Virus record (IMG/VR): IMGVR_UViG_3300033075_000428
Coordinates: 1-64,000 of that record
DNA: 64,000 nt
Direction: 5' to 3' (one strand)
Origin: a virus
Lineage: Duplodnaviria; Caudoviricetes
Shown here: positions 1 through 9,798 of the stretch, piece by piece
Position numbering within the stretch: position 1 is the stretch's first letter
Layout: the number at the start of each line of letters is the position of its first letter
The notes under the pieces: model-generated
Seen by the model: the letters and a program-made list of their open reading frames with translations, nothing else
Told to the model about the DNA's origin: nothing
Database searches by the model: none
Translations under genes and position numbers: made by a program

Positions 1-1007
1 TCTTCTTCTTCTTCCTCTTTCTTCTCGCCTTCTTCATCTTCTTCCTTAGAATCCTCTGGTTCCTTTTCCTCTGCATCGTCTTCGGCAGGTTCCTTGTCGT
101 CTTCACCAGACTCTTCATCGTCCTTGGTCTCTTCAGCATCGTCTTCACCAATGCCTAAGTCCAATTCAGTGGAACCAGCTTTGTCATCTGTCTTTTCAGC
201 ATCTTCAGAGTCATCTTCTGGCTCTTCAGTTTCAGCATCCTCTGGATCAGCTTCTTCTGAATCGTCTTCCTCTGGCTTCTCTTCTGGTTCTTTTTCTTCA
301 GTGTCTTCCTCTTCCTTTTCTTCGTCTTCAGCTTCACCTAAGAATGCTTCGTTGAACTCTTCATCTTCCTCGTCGTCTTCATCAGCAAACGTAGAAGGAA
401 TGTGGTCAACACTGTAAGAAGGAGCACCGTCTTCAGCTACTTCGTAATTAGGCTCTGAGCCTTCTTCATCTTCACACTCTTCATCTTCTTCGTCTTCATC
501 ACCTAAGAAGATGTTGATGTTCACTTCTTTCTCTTCTTCAGACTCTTTCATACCATCAATGCGTTCTTTTTCGTCTTCGTCATCATCATCTGTATGACTC
601 TTGAACGCATTGTCGTCATCATCGTCGTTGTCCGACGAGAAGATATCCGAAGGATTATCTACTGAAGCAAACTCATTGGACAAGAGAGCATCCTTGTCTA
701 CATCATACGTAGAAGCTGGTGTAGCTGGAATCTCGGGGAGCATGACTGGCTCGTCGACCATGCCAGATTCTGGGCTCGCCGACAGAGCTTGGTCAATCTT
801 GTCACCAACGTCAGCAGTAATGTCTTCAACAGTGGTGTTTACTTCATCGAAGTTACCATCTTGAATGTACTTCGTTACAGCATCACTATTTTCAAAGACT
901 CGAATTTCTCCGTCAATGTCAATAGTGACCCGTCCACCCTGTTCAATGTTTTGAACAGTTAGAACTTGACCACCATCACTGACATACTTTTGTTGTGTTG
1001 CCAACAT
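1..1007 (-). CDS. Extremely acidic (D/E-rich) protein, 3'-truncated by window edge; absent from ORF track
   Basis: ATG at 1007 reads MLATQQKYVSDGGQVLTV...DNDDDDDNAF...DEDEEDEECEDEE, and the frame continues with GAA/GAT-rich codons toward position 1; the + strand Ser-rich ORFs are its shadow. Confidence 0.85.
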   Translation of the reverse strand, partial: MLATQQKYVSDGGQVLTVQNIEQGGRVTIDIDGEIRVFENSDAVTKYIQDGNFDEVNTTVEDITADVGDKIDQALSASPESGMVDEPVMLPEIPATPASTYDVDKDALLSNEFASVDNPSDIFSSDNDDDDDNAFKSHTDDDDEDEKERIDGMKESEEEKEVNINIFLGDEDEEDEECEDEEGSEPNYEVAEDGAPSYSVDHIPSTFADEDDEEDEEFNEAFLGEAEDEEKEEEDTEEKEPEEKPEEDDSEEADPEDAETEEPEDDSEDAEKTDDKAGSTELDLGIGEDDAEETKDDEESGEDDKEPAEDDAEEKEPEDSKEEDEEGEKKEEEEE

Positions 1008-1098
1008 TTCTTGACTCCTGCGGTAGAAGGATTGTGTTTCTTTTTGTGTTGAAGTATACAATTTGTTAAAACGGGACTACTGATAAAACTGTCAGTAA

Positions 1099-1548
1099 TT
1101 ACTCTCCCCATTTATGATCAAGGTCTATGACCGCTGTTATATGCAATGGGGTATGGGTACCAATAATGAAATCCTCATACTCAGCGGACATAATCTCATA
1201 CTTTTCGTCTGTGTTGAACACAGGGAATAGAATGATGTCGCCTTTCTTTACTACGTAGTTATTGTCATTCAATTGACGGCAACAGAACTTAACGTTGATT
1301 CTATTGGTCTTGACCCAGACACCTTCACGTAGCTCGTTAATCTTCCTAGCTCTGTCGTAGTCAGCGTTAACCCACATCTTGTTTGTCTTGTAGACTTCAT
1401 CAATGCGGACACCAAGACGCTCGTGAACGTTACTGGCAGAAGTATCGTAACGCAAGATAGCCACGGAAGGAAATCGTGACTCGAATAGCTCGAGTTCATT
1501 CCTTTCGATGAGGTCTATCTCTTGTGGGGTGTACGTTACACGTATCAT
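1099..1548 (-). CDS. Putative neck/head-closure protein (T4 gp14-like)
   Basis: VKKGDIILFP...KYEI motif resembles gp14-type neck proteins; head-module context. Confidence 0.5.
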   Translation of the reverse strand: MIRVTYTPQEIDLIERNELELFESRFPSVAILRYDTSASNVHERLGVRIDEVYKTNKMWVNADYDRARKINELREGVWVKTNRINVKFCCRQLNDNNYVVKKGDIILFPVFNTDEKYEIMSAEYEDFIIGTHTPLHITAVIDLDHKWGE

Positions 1549-2111
1549 TTTTTAGCGTCCAATATCTCTAGTATCGTTGCTATCGCTTTCTTTGGTTCAA
1601 TTGACTTGTTCGCAAAGCATGGGAGTTTGATTGCATCCATCATGGAAAACTCTCGACTACGAACCATCTTTCCGCCACCAAAGTATGCTTGAACTTCTGT
1701 TGAGTGCATTAAGTAGAAGCGTTCTGTTGGTTGACTGTACACGAGAATCCAGTAGTTGTATCCAAACTCAATGCTCTCAACTAGACCAGCCCATTGTTTG
1801 TCGTTCAACTTTTGAAAGCTGAACACGTCTTGTGAAATGAACTTGAATTCGACATAGTGACCAATTGAACCCGACGTCGTAATGTGATAGTCCGAGAACT
1901 GAGCAGGAAGTCGGAACCCTTGTGACGAATATGAATCGTAGAACCTTGTGAATCCAAATTTACGCTTCTTACAGGCATTCTTTAGCTTCGGGGTGAGGTC
2001 ACTTTCAAAATCCTTACCAAGCTTCAGTAGTGAGACGTTAGCTTGGTTCTTCGGATTCTTGACCCTCTTCACCGTCACCTTGGTAGTAGATTTTGCCATA
2101 GTGTTCAACAA
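1545..2111 (-). CDS. RecU-like Holliday junction resolvase (PD-(D/E)XK nuclease)
   Basis: GKDFE...SDY...YVEFK...LNDKQW pattern typical of the RecU family. Confidence 0.7.
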   Translation of the reverse strand: MLNTMAKSTTKVTVKRVKNPKNQANVSLLKLGKDFESDLTPKLKNACKKRKFGFTRFYDSYSSQGFRLPAQFSDYHITTSGSIGHYVEFKFISQDVFSFQKLNDKQWAGLVESIEFGYNYWILVYSQPTERFYLMHSTEVQAYFGGGKMVRSREFSMMDAIKLPCFANKSIEPKKAIATILEILDAKK

Positions 2112-2556
2112 CAGCTTGCTTCGAACGTACCAAGAATGAAGCTAGTTCAAACTTATGTAACGTTGATTCACTGACAGTGTTAGTTTCGAGATTGTTAATA
2201 ACATGTTGGATAAAGACTTCAATCTCTTTGAGACTGATTTTGGAGTTGATGTTATATTCAATGTGTCCATCTTCGCTGTATGGTATGGCCTTATTACGAG
2301 TACCATCCCAAAGGACAAGTGAGTACTTTTGCTCATTAGCATCATGAGCATGTTGGGTCAAGTCTATCAACTCCAATACAACTTTGGTTCTTCTCCACCA
2401 ATTCTTCTTTGGCCGTTGAATCCTTGGGAAAACAAGTATCTTCAGCTCACGATGGACAACACCATTTGCTCGTATCACTCGAGACTTATTGTAATCGCCA
2501 TTGGCAATCATCTCAGCGAGAGCTTGTGTTGGCCGTATGAAATCTGGTTCTGTCAT
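2038..2556 (-). CDS. Hypothetical protein
   Basis: 172 aa ORF in gene-dense minus-strand run. Confidence 0.7.
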   Translation of the reverse strand: MTEPDFIRPTQALAEMIANGDYNKSRVIRANGVVHRELKILVFPRIQRPKKNWWRRTKVVLELIDLTQHAHDANEQKYSLVLWDGTRNKAIPYSEDGHIEYNINSKISLKEIEVFIQHVINNLETNTVSESTLHKFELASFLVRSKQAVVEHYGKIYYQGDGEEGQESEEPS

Positions 2557-2558
2557 TG

Positions 2559-3302
2559 TTACAAGGATTGGAGAATGAAGGCACGTTCAGTGAACATTGT
2601 TTCCAAGTCTGCGAGTTCTTGAGTACCCTCAGTCACAAGCTCAGCACCATCATTTTCAGCAGCTTGCTGACCACCACGTAGCTTACGGAGTGCCCGACCT
2701 TCTGAGATTTTCAATTGAGCAGAGGTATGGCGGAGTATCAACTCGGAGTGCAGATTCGGGTAGTTAATCGACTCCATCTTTGGGTCAGCTGTATCCGTTG
2801 GTGGGTTCTCGAGATATGTTGTGAACTTCACATACAACGAGTTTGTAGCCGCTGGAACGTCGTCAATGTACACACGACGTGGGTCATGGTTGCTTTGTTC
2901 CCAGTCAAACTCCTTACCCGTCATTACCTGCATTGCACGAATGTTCTGACGAGCACGAATGTAGTCCATCACTCGTGTATAAGAATCTGAAGCATTACTA
3001 CCCATAGCAAATATTGCTGGGTGAATGTCAAATAGATTGTAAGTCAGACCATCAGTTGCGTCACGGATTGGGGTAACTTCTAGAACTGTCCACACATTGA
3101 ATTGTGGGTCAATGTCGAAGTACCGTGTTGATAGAGGAACGGTTACGTCCCAAGTCGTAGGGAAGTACCTTCCAACTTGATTAACAGCACGGAGCATAAA
3201 CAATAGAATGGTGGGGTCACTGGTCAGGATGTTTACTCCTGAGCCATCAATCCCACCACCTATGTTTGCTTTCGTAAGACGCAGAATCTCTAAAGGAGTC
3301 AT
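2559..3302 (-). CDS. Putative neck/adaptor protein (T4 gp13-like)
   Basis: C-terminal GRALRKL..ENDGAELVTEGTQELADLE resembles gp13-type adaptors; lies next to capsid genes. Confidence 0.55.
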   Translation of the reverse strand: MTPLEILRLTKANIGGGIDGSGVNILTSDPTILLFMLRAVNQVGRYFPTTWDVTVPLSTRYFDIDPQFNVWTVLEVTPIRDATDGLTYNLFDIHPAIFAMGSNASDSYTRVMDYIRARQNIRAMQVMTGKEFDWEQSNHDPRRVYIDDVPAATNSLYVKFTTYLENPPTDTADPKMESINYPNLHSELILRHTSAQLKISEGRALRKLRGGQQAAENDGAELVTEGTQELADLETMFTERAFILQSL

Positions 3303-3321
3303 GGAACTTACTTAGTGTTAA

Positions 3322-3816
3322 TTACAGAGTTGGAAACTTTGCATTCCAAGCGTTTTGAACACCCTTGCGTTGCTCATCTTCAGCCAAGAATCCTTCAAGT
3401 TCCTCTGGCGTGTGCGACTCGATATACATAATCGCATCACGAGCATTCATGCTTGCACTAGTGACTGGTGCGTCTGGGTCACTTCCACCAGTTGTTCCTT
3501 CAGAGCCTTCTCCGCCAACTTCGGGGGGCTTGACTTCGTTTACCACTGGTGCTGGCTCTTGGTCAGAAACAGGCTTAACCTTGTGAGACTCAGGAATCTG
3601 GGCTTCAACAGGGGCGATTGGGATGATTTTGATTCCAGGAACAAGGCTGTGAAGATATGCGACTTCTTCATCAGACAAGTCAAACTTGTGAGGTTCATTC
3701 GGGATTGGAAGATTGACTTTCGGATATTCCAAGCCAATGGGAATACCTGATTGTACAACGTAAGACTTCTTCTCTACATGGTCGTCTTTTTGCGAATAGA
3801 ATTCTTCTGCGGTCAT
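3322..3816 (-). CDS. Hypothetical virion-associated protein (Pro/Glu-rich linker, small C-terminal helical domain)
   Basis: Directly downstream of major capsid gene. Confidence 0.6.
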   Translation of the reverse strand: MTAEEFYSQKDDHVEKKSYVVQSGIPIGLEYPKVNLPIPNEPHKFDLSDEEVAYLHSLVPGIKIIPIAPVEAQIPESHKVKPVSDQEPAPVVNEVKPPEVGGEGSEGTTGGSDPDAPVTSASMNARDAIMYIESHTPEELEGFLAEDEQRKGVQNAWNAKFPTL

Positions 3817-3899
3817 GCTGTATGTTCTCCGAGGTGAGGATTAAATCAGGTTTCCTTTATAACGCATTAGAGCGACGGAATTGCCTGAGTAGTTATTTA

Positions 3900-3933
3900 A
3901 AACATAATGGGGAAGAGATTTCTCTCTTCCCCA
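3900..3933 (-). terminator. Intrinsic terminator after major capsid gene
   Basis: Inverted repeat TGGGGAAGAGA/TCTCTTCCCCA followed by TTATGTTTT on minus strand. Confidence 0.75.
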
Positions 3934-3961
3934 CATGCTACAAAGTAATCACTAACTAATC

Positions 3962-5380
3962 TTAGCTATAGTTCGTGATGGTGCCCTTTACGTACATGTA
4001 TGGGTTGATCATCTTCTGACCACCAGACGTGTACAGACCACGACGACCAATGAAGTCATCCAGAACAACTGGAGGATTCGTCGTGTAAAGAGGACGGTAA
4101 GGAGCCCAGACATATCCAGCATACAGGTAGCTGTTACCCTTGTAACCAACGCAGAACGTGTTTGCGGAGTAGTTCGGATTCTTTACAATCAAGAAGCGAC
4201 CAGACAACGTGCCAGCTACATATGGACCGCTGAACGAGCCATTTGCTTCGACGCCATTCGACTCAAAGCGAGTCATACCTTCGATGATCGATGCTACGTT
4301 CGTACCAGCGATACAGAAGTTACCCGACACCATGCGCGTTGCTTGATAAATCAAGTTCTGTGCACGTGTGAGAGTGTGAATGAACGAGTCATAGTGCTCT
4401 TGCTTCGACACACCGAGTGGCAGTGTGCAGTCGAAGTTAACGATACCACCTTGTGCCTGATTGTACAGGTTAGCCATGATGTTCGAGTCGATTTCAGCAC
4501 GAATGATCGATGCTGTTGCGGCCACGAGTTCATCATCTGCATTGATGTTGTGTGCTTGTTGTAAGTCCCAAGCAGCATCAAGCGTGTACAGAGCACGGAG
4601 CTTGTAAGGACGAGCCGTTACAGTGGACTGGTCAAGGTCAATATCAACTTCGCCAATCAGCGAAGGATTTTGCTCCATGTCATACTCATACGTCGCCGTG
4701 ATGGGCGTGTTGTTCGTAGGAGCGGCAGAGAACGTGACCGAAACTGCACCAGAGGTGTAGTTGATAGTACCAGCAGAGATACCAGTACCCGAAAGAGTAC
4801 CAGAACCATTGTCGGTAGCCGTAACCGAACCAGTTGTGATGGAGAACGTTCCTGGCTTAACAGGAATGTACGACAGTGTTGGGGTGAACACCGTTGTTAC
4901 GCCATCGCCAGTACCAGCAGATTCTTCTTCAACAATCTCCGAAGAGTAGTTGTTCGAAGTTGGAGCGAAACCAGTGTTCGCGCCAATTGCTGTGCTATCC
5001 TTAGCAATCTTGCCCTTCGTGCGACCATAACGGAAGTTAAGGAAGAACACTTCGCCAGACTTCATCTTGAGCGGTTGAACGCTCACGATTTGGTCAGCAA
5101 CAAGGTTTGGCAAAACAGCCGCTACAAGCTTGTAGCCATAGTCAACAAACGAACCTGCATTGATTGCGCGGGTCGTTTCATCCATCGAGTTCAACCACTC
5201 GGTGGTATTGTGAAGGGAACGTGCAGTAGTAGCAATGATGTTTTCGCTCAATGCCTTACCGCCACGCTTTTCCTTCATCGCCGCTTTCATTGGATCCAAG
5301 TACTTCTTGTACTTTTCAGCCAATACCAAGCTCTCGCTTAGCTCTTGACGGCTTCTTTGCTCTAACAGTTGGTCTCTCAT
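3962..5380 (-). CDS. gp23: Major capsid protein, T4 gp23-like, with beta-rich insertion
   Basis: PNLVADQIVSVQPL, TVTARPYKLRALYT, DLQQAH, AEID and AGYVWAPY motifs of the gp23 family. Confidence 0.93.
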   Translation of the reverse strand: MRDQLLEQRSRQELSESLVLAEKYKKYLDPMKAAMKEKRGGKALSENIIATTARSLHNTTEWLNSMDETTRAINAGSFVDYGYKLVAAVLPNLVADQIVSVQPLKMKSGEVFFLNFRYGRTKGKIAKDSTAIGANTGFAPTSNNYSSEIVEEESAGTGDGVTTVFTPTLSYIPVKPGTFSITTGSVTATDNGSGTLSGTGISAGTINYTSGAVSVTFSAAPTNNTPITATYEYDMEQNPSLIGEVDIDLDQSTVTARPYKLRALYTLDAAWDLQQAHNINADDELVAATASIIRAEIDSNIMANLYNQAQGGIVNFDCTLPLGVSKQEHYDSFIHTLTRAQNLIYQATRMVSGNFCIAGTNVASIIEGMTRFESNGVEANGSFSGPYVAGTLSGRFLIVKNPNYSANTFCVGYKGNSYLYAGYVWAPYRPLYTTNPPVVLDDFIGRRGLYTSGGQKMINPYMYVKGTITNYS

Positions 5381-5422
5381 TTGGAGAATTCCTTAGATGC
5401 TTGTTAAAAATTTGGTTTCTTA

Positions 5423-6904
5423 TTAGCCCATACTCGCAATGATGTTTGCGACGGAAGATTCAACTGGGTCACCCGAAGTGCGGGAGGTTTGTTCAGTACG
5501 AATTTCCTTACGTTCACGCAACTTACCTACATTGATAGGCTCATTGCTTCTCTCTGGTCTACGAGTCGGTGCAATCTCACGGCCTTCGACAAGCGCGGTG
5601 ATTTGTGCAACCTTCTCTTTTGCCTCATTGATGTCCTTGACGTCTCCGATAAGTGTGGAGAACTTTTCAAAGCCACCAACGTTACGCAGTTCTCTGCGTA
5701 AATACGATTCAACTTTGCTTTCACTGATACGGGAGTTGACTTGGTCAAGAGTCTGAAGTGCACGGTTGTAGTGACCTTCAACCATTTTCTTCGATTCTTG
5801 AATCTTCTTGTGCTCAACTACTAGTGTCTCAATCACACGAAGAGACTTAACATAGTTCTTCACAATACCTTCAACCAACTCTGCATAACGCTTGTGAAGG
5901 TGATTCACTGTCTGCTCATGCAAAGCATTAGCCGTCTGGTCTTGATTCTTGGAAGACTCGCTCAAAGCTTGGAAACGATTACGCATTTCTGCGATCACGT
6001 TAATCGACTTTGCGCTTACCTTCTGCTCATTCTTATAAGCTTCTACCAATTCATTCGACTTGGTAGCTAACGTTGTCAATTGCGAACGTTGCTCTGCAAC
6101 CTTGCTCTTCAGAGCCTTGATAGTTCTTTCGTGTTCTGCAATGGCTACCTTCGACTCACTCAAAGAGCGAAGCGAAGCATCCAAGCGAGACACAACAGAC
6201 TTCATTTGTTGGCTGTTGTCGGACATTTTCTTTCCTTGGGTTGATTCATTTACTAAAGTAACTTTAGGTTTCGATTTCTTGTCTTGGACATTCAGAAGCC
6301 GTTCCATGAGAGTATAACAAGATTCGTTAAGTTTTACATTGCTTTCCATGAGCTTTGTAAACTGTGTGCGCATCTTGCTTTCAACAACTGCTGGAAAAGC
6401 TTCTCCTACCGAAGGATCCATGGTCATGTCAAAGGTGATTAGTTCATAGTCATCACCGCTAACAATCGTTTGGCCAGCCTTCTCTACCACTGAGCCTTCG
6501 CCTCTGGAAGAAACTCCAGGGACGATTTGTACACTCAACAGTGCCTCAAGGATAGCCCCTGGCGTTGGTGCTGGCAATACCTCAGCTTCACCCATGACGT
6601 AGGAACCTTCTGCCCATAGCTTCGTGACCACGAATGCAGAACGTTCTGGATCGATGTCACGATATTCGGGGTGTCGAAGTTCCCCTAACATGCGACGCTT
6701 TTCCAACTTGGTTTTCAACTTCGGGTCTGCCAATACCTTTTCCCAAAGGGAACGTGGGTAAATTCGACCATTGCCGTTTTCCTCATCCATCTTAGCAAAG
6801 ATGCCTCTAATCTTGAGTGGCTTAGAGTTTCCTTGCTCATCTGATTCTCTGATGATTTGCAGAGATTCGTTGATGAATCCTGACAATAGTTTCTTTTGTC
6901 CCAT
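5423..6904 (-). CDS. gp21: Prohead protease (T4 gp21-like) fused to coiled-coil scaffold; likely start MGQKKLL at 6904
   Basis: IRGIF..D..NGNGRIYP, MLGELRHP, TPGAIL, GVSSRGEGS and DPS motifs; long coiled-coil C-terminal half. Confidence 0.88.
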   Translation of the reverse strand: MGQKKLLSGFINESLQIIRESDEQGNSKPLKIRGIFAKMDEENGNGRIYPRSLWEKVLADPKLKTKLEKRRMLGELRHPEYRDIDPERSAFVVTKLWAEGSYVMGEAEVLPAPTPGAILEALLSVQIVPGVSSRGEGSVVEKAGQTIVSGDDYELITFDMTMDPSVGEAFPAVVESKMRTQFTKLMESNVKLNESCYTLMERLLNVQDKKSKPKVTLVNESTQGKKMSDNSQQMKSVVSRLDASLRSLSESKVAIAEHERTIKALKSKVAEQRSQLTTLATKSNELVEAYKNEQKVSAKSINVIAEMRNRFQALSESSKNQDQTANALHEQTVNHLHKRYAELVEGIVKNYVKSLRVIETLVVEHKKIQESKKMVEGHYNRALQTLDQVNSRISESKVESYLRRELRNVGGFEKFSTLIGDVKDINEAKEKVAQITALVEGREIAPTRRPERSNEPINVGKLRERKEIRTEQTSRTSGDPVESSVANIIASMG

Positions 6905-6977
6905 GCTGTCAGTATGAATTAGGTTGGCGAAATTACTTATCTTATAACGTACATTTATGTAACTTTGTACACAGTAC

Positions 6978-7613
6978 TTAGTGACTTGTCTTGCGGTAGT
7001 TCGTCTCCTTGCCAGAGGCAAGGTCTTTAGCGATACTAATGCCAAACAGGTTCAACTTCATGAGTGTGCTAAGTGCATGCTTACATGCGCTCCCCTTGAG
7101 CTTTGGATTCCGTACGTTAGGTGGTCGTAATTCAGGCACAAGACCATAATCGAGGTGCCAAGAGATGTAGGTGAATCCTTGATACAAGAAGTCTTCACAA
7201 GAGCAGTGAACTTTGATGTCACCAGCATTCATTGCAAGATGAAGCTTCTCAATGTAGTCAACACCCTTCTGATTACTCAGTTCTTTGTACGATGGAATCT
7301 GCACCATGATTTGGTGAACTCGTCCAGTACCCAATGGGTCAACACCATCAAAGAACAACGTAACTTCACGTTCCTTAGCAGTGCGGAATCTCAACCCACG
7401 ATAACGTACCTTACACCGCTTACCACGCACTGACCGACCAAGGTCAGCAGACTTGGTAATGTCAGACAGAAAGACTTCATCAAGTGGCTCACGTTCACGT
7501 AACGCTTGCTCAACCAAGTTGATGACTCTCTCTGGATTATGGTCGATGTGTTGGCACACGATTAAATCTTGCCGTAGAAATTGCTGAAATACTTCTCGAT
7601 ATAAGACATGCAA
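6978..7613 (-). CDS. SWIM zinc-finger protein
   Basis: VHCSCEDF...ACKH CxC/CxH motif; true start probably downstream of 7613. Confidence 0.7.
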   Translation of the reverse strand: MHVLYREVFQQFLRQDLIVCQHIDHNPERVINLVEQALREREPLDEVFLSDITKSADLGRSVRGKRCKVRYRGLRFRTAKEREVTLFFDGVDPLGTGRVHQIMVQIPSYKELSNQKGVDYIEKLHLAMNAGDIKVHCSCEDFLYQGFTYISWHLDYGLVPELRPPNVRNPKLKGSACKHALSTLMKLNLFGISIAKDLASGKETNYRKTSH

Positions 7614-8167
7614 ACTGGAGTGAATGCATCAATCTTTCCACCACCATAGTTTGGATTCTTGTACAAGCGGATATAGTACTTCAAATCGCTTGGTGACACA
7701 GAACCTTCGTAGTCGAATCCCTCATTGTAGTATTGAAGGAACTTCAGGATGCTGAAGTCATCCAAACTACCACCATGTTTGTAAACACGATAGATATTTT
7801 GAAGGTACTTCCCACTTGCCTGAACAGCTTCGTCTTCTGACGTTGGGAAAGGTTCCTCAGACCAGAAGAGCCAACCAACAGGAGGGTCATAGTTGTTGAT
7901 GAACCCAGAGAGCTTGTTCAGCATCTCTCGTTCATTTTTGAAGTACCCCGAAGGATTCAACATGGAATCGATTACATTCTTCTTTTCAGCGAGACGAAAG
8001 AACTTCTCAATGTGGTTGATTGTCCAAGCTGAGGCATGTCCAGTTTCCGCAATGTCTTGCAACACATGTGCTGCATAGTAAGCAAGCAATACCTGTGCAT
8101 GCGTTACTCCTGCGGTAGGATTACGACTGTATCCTACTTTGCCTAGTACACTGTCTATGAATCCCAT
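7562..8167 (-). CDS. Hypothetical protein
   Basis: 201 aa ORF, coupled to upstream gene. Confidence 0.75.
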   Translation of the reverse strand: MGFIDSVLGKVGYSRNPTAGVTHAQVLLAYYAAHVLQDIAETGHASAWTINHIEKFFRLAEKKNVIDSMLNPSGYFKNEREMLNKLSGFINNYDPPVGWLFWSEEPFPTSEDEAVQASGKYLQNIYRVYKHGGSLDDFSILKFLQYYNEGFDYEGSVSPSDLKYYIRLYKNPNYGGGKIDAFTPVCMSYIEKYFSNFYGKI

Positions 8168-9267
8168 TACTTCTTTGCACCTTTCTTGGGCTCTTCAACT
8201 TCAAATGGCATCTCGTCCTCATCTGGCTCAGGTTCAGGCTTACTCTTCATGAGGTCTTCAAACTCAGCTTTTAGCCTTGTGAGTTCCTTGTCGAGATTGA
8301 ACTTCAGATAGTTCGAGATGATGACACTAACAGTATCAATCTTCCCTGTATTGAATGTTGGCTTCGACGTCTTTTCGATGAACTTGGTAACGAGTGCCTT
8401 CGGTGCATCGAAACTCTCTTCACCAAAGAACTTGAACCCGTTGAAGTGGCTGTACAGTTGCGGTATCTTCTTGTCTGGTACCACATAGTTCTTGAAGATT
8501 ACAATGAATTGGTCTTCGACCATTTCCATTGCGTCTGAGGACGTTACTGGTTCTTCTTTGTAGAAGATGACTGCAGTGTATGGTGCCTTGAAGTGACGAG
8601 GATTGATAATCTCGTTTTTCTTCAGGAGACGCTCAGCTTCTTTCTTCTTGTCGGATTCCTTTTCTTTCTTCTTTTGGATGATACCAACAAGGTCTGCCTT
8701 GCGCTTCCCAAACAAGTTACCGTCGTCATCTTCCTCATCATCGTCTTCATAGTCGTCGAAAAGACCTTCGTTGAGATAGGCAATACGGTCAAGATGTATG
8801 TTACTAGCATCTTCAATCTCTTGCTTCCGAAGCTTACGATTCTTGATAGCCTTGCCCGCAACCTTAAAGAGCGAGTACCCTGGGATCAAGACGTTGAGTC
8901 CTAGCTCCTTAACAGCATTGGAACCCATTCTCTTCAGGTCTTCAATAGACTTACCATCGAGCTTTGCCCACTTTGCTTGAAGGTCTTGATACTCTTTGAA
9001 ATTCCGTTGGACAGCCTTCTTTACATATGCGTAGAAGTCACCTTTGTACATCGTTGCTTCACGAAGCAACATGTAGCTAAGACCGTACATAAGTCCAATG
9101 ACCTTTTCAGTATCATCTACTGTTGCGTTCTCCAGTGCATCGGTATTGCGTTTGAACAAATCAGTCAAGGAAATCTCAGTGATGAGGTCTTCTTGAAGGT
9201 CTGTCTCGAGCAATTTTCGTAGATAATCTTGTTCTTGATTCATGTCATCTTTGTGAATTCGAAGCAA
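8167..9267 (-). CDS. Hypothetical protein, possible internal head protein
   Basis: 366 aa; LLET/LITE motifs near N terminus. Confidence 0.7.
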   Translation of the reverse strand: MLRIHKDDMNQEQDYLRKLLETDLQEDLITEISLTDLFKRNTDALENATVDDTEKVIGLMYGLSYMLLREATMYKGDFYAYVKKAVQRNFKEYQDLQAKWAKLDGKSIEDLKRMGSNAVKELGLNVLIPGYSLFKVAGKAIKNRKLRKQEIEDASNIHLDRIAYLNEGLFDDYEDDDEEDDDGNLFGKRKADLVGIIQKKKEKESDKKKEAERLLKKNEIINPRHFKAPYTAVIFYKEEPVTSSDAMEMVEDQFIVIFKNYVVPDKKIPQLYSHFNGFKFFGEESFDAPKALVTKFIEKTSKPTFNTGKIDTVSVIISNYLKFNLDKELTRLKAEFEDLMKSKPEPEPDEDEMPFEVEEPKKGAKK

Positions 9268-9631
9268 TTATCTCTGCTTCCAATTTTGAAAACGTTTGAA
9301 ATGGAGGAACACCGTAATATGGGTCACCATATTCTAACAGTGTATACTCCATCAAACTAATCGTCATTGTACTGACTATTTCTTCGATGTTAACATCCCA
9401 GTTAGGGAACTTGATATTCAAACGTAGAAGTTCAGACTCTTTCTTCGCCTCTGCAAGAATCTTTGCTATGGCAGGAACATCAGTATTAAGACTCTTTCTG
9501 AGTGCTTCTTTATACTGAGTGTTGAGTGACTCTTCCAAGAAGTCTTGTAGACGTACTTCCATCGAGCCTGCAATCTCTTTTACACGTGCTTCTGCTTGAC
9601 GTAACTTACGAACTGTATCGGGTGTAAACAT
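9245..9631 (-). CDS. Hypothetical protein
   Basis: 128 aa ORF with GGAG SD upstream. Confidence 0.7.
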   Translation of the reverse strand: MFTPDTVRKLRQAEARVKEIAGSMEVRLQDFLEESLNTQYKEALRKSLNTDVPAIAKILAEAKKESELLRLNIKFPNWDVNIEEIVSTMTISLMEYTLLEYGDPYYGVPPFQTFSKLEAEIIASNSQR

Positions 9632-9647
9632 ATCACACTCCGTAAAC

Positions 9648-9683
9648 AGAAAAACCCTTCACTTGCGAATAGCAAGGAAGGGT
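9648..9683 (-). terminator. Intrinsic terminator
   Basis: ACCCTTC-CTTGC..GCAAG-GAAGGGT hairpin followed by TTTTTCTG on minus strand. Confidence 0.65.
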
Positions 9684-9798
9684 CTGAACTTTCAGTAAAC
9701 TGTTTACACCGAACCTATTTATGGTCTTGTCTTGCTTGAGCATTCTTGGTACAGTGTTTTGAGTACCAAGTTAAAACTCTAGAGTTCAACAAGTTGTC

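Noticed and set aside
94-864. Ser-rich plus-strand ORFs, and plus-strand ORFs generally
   Set aside because: Antisense shadows of minus-strand genes (GAA/GAT-rich codons read in reverse)
6905-7045. Track's extended N-terminus of the protease ORF
   Set aside because: Overlaps the upstream SWIM gene and an AT-rich gap; ATG at 6904 is more plausible
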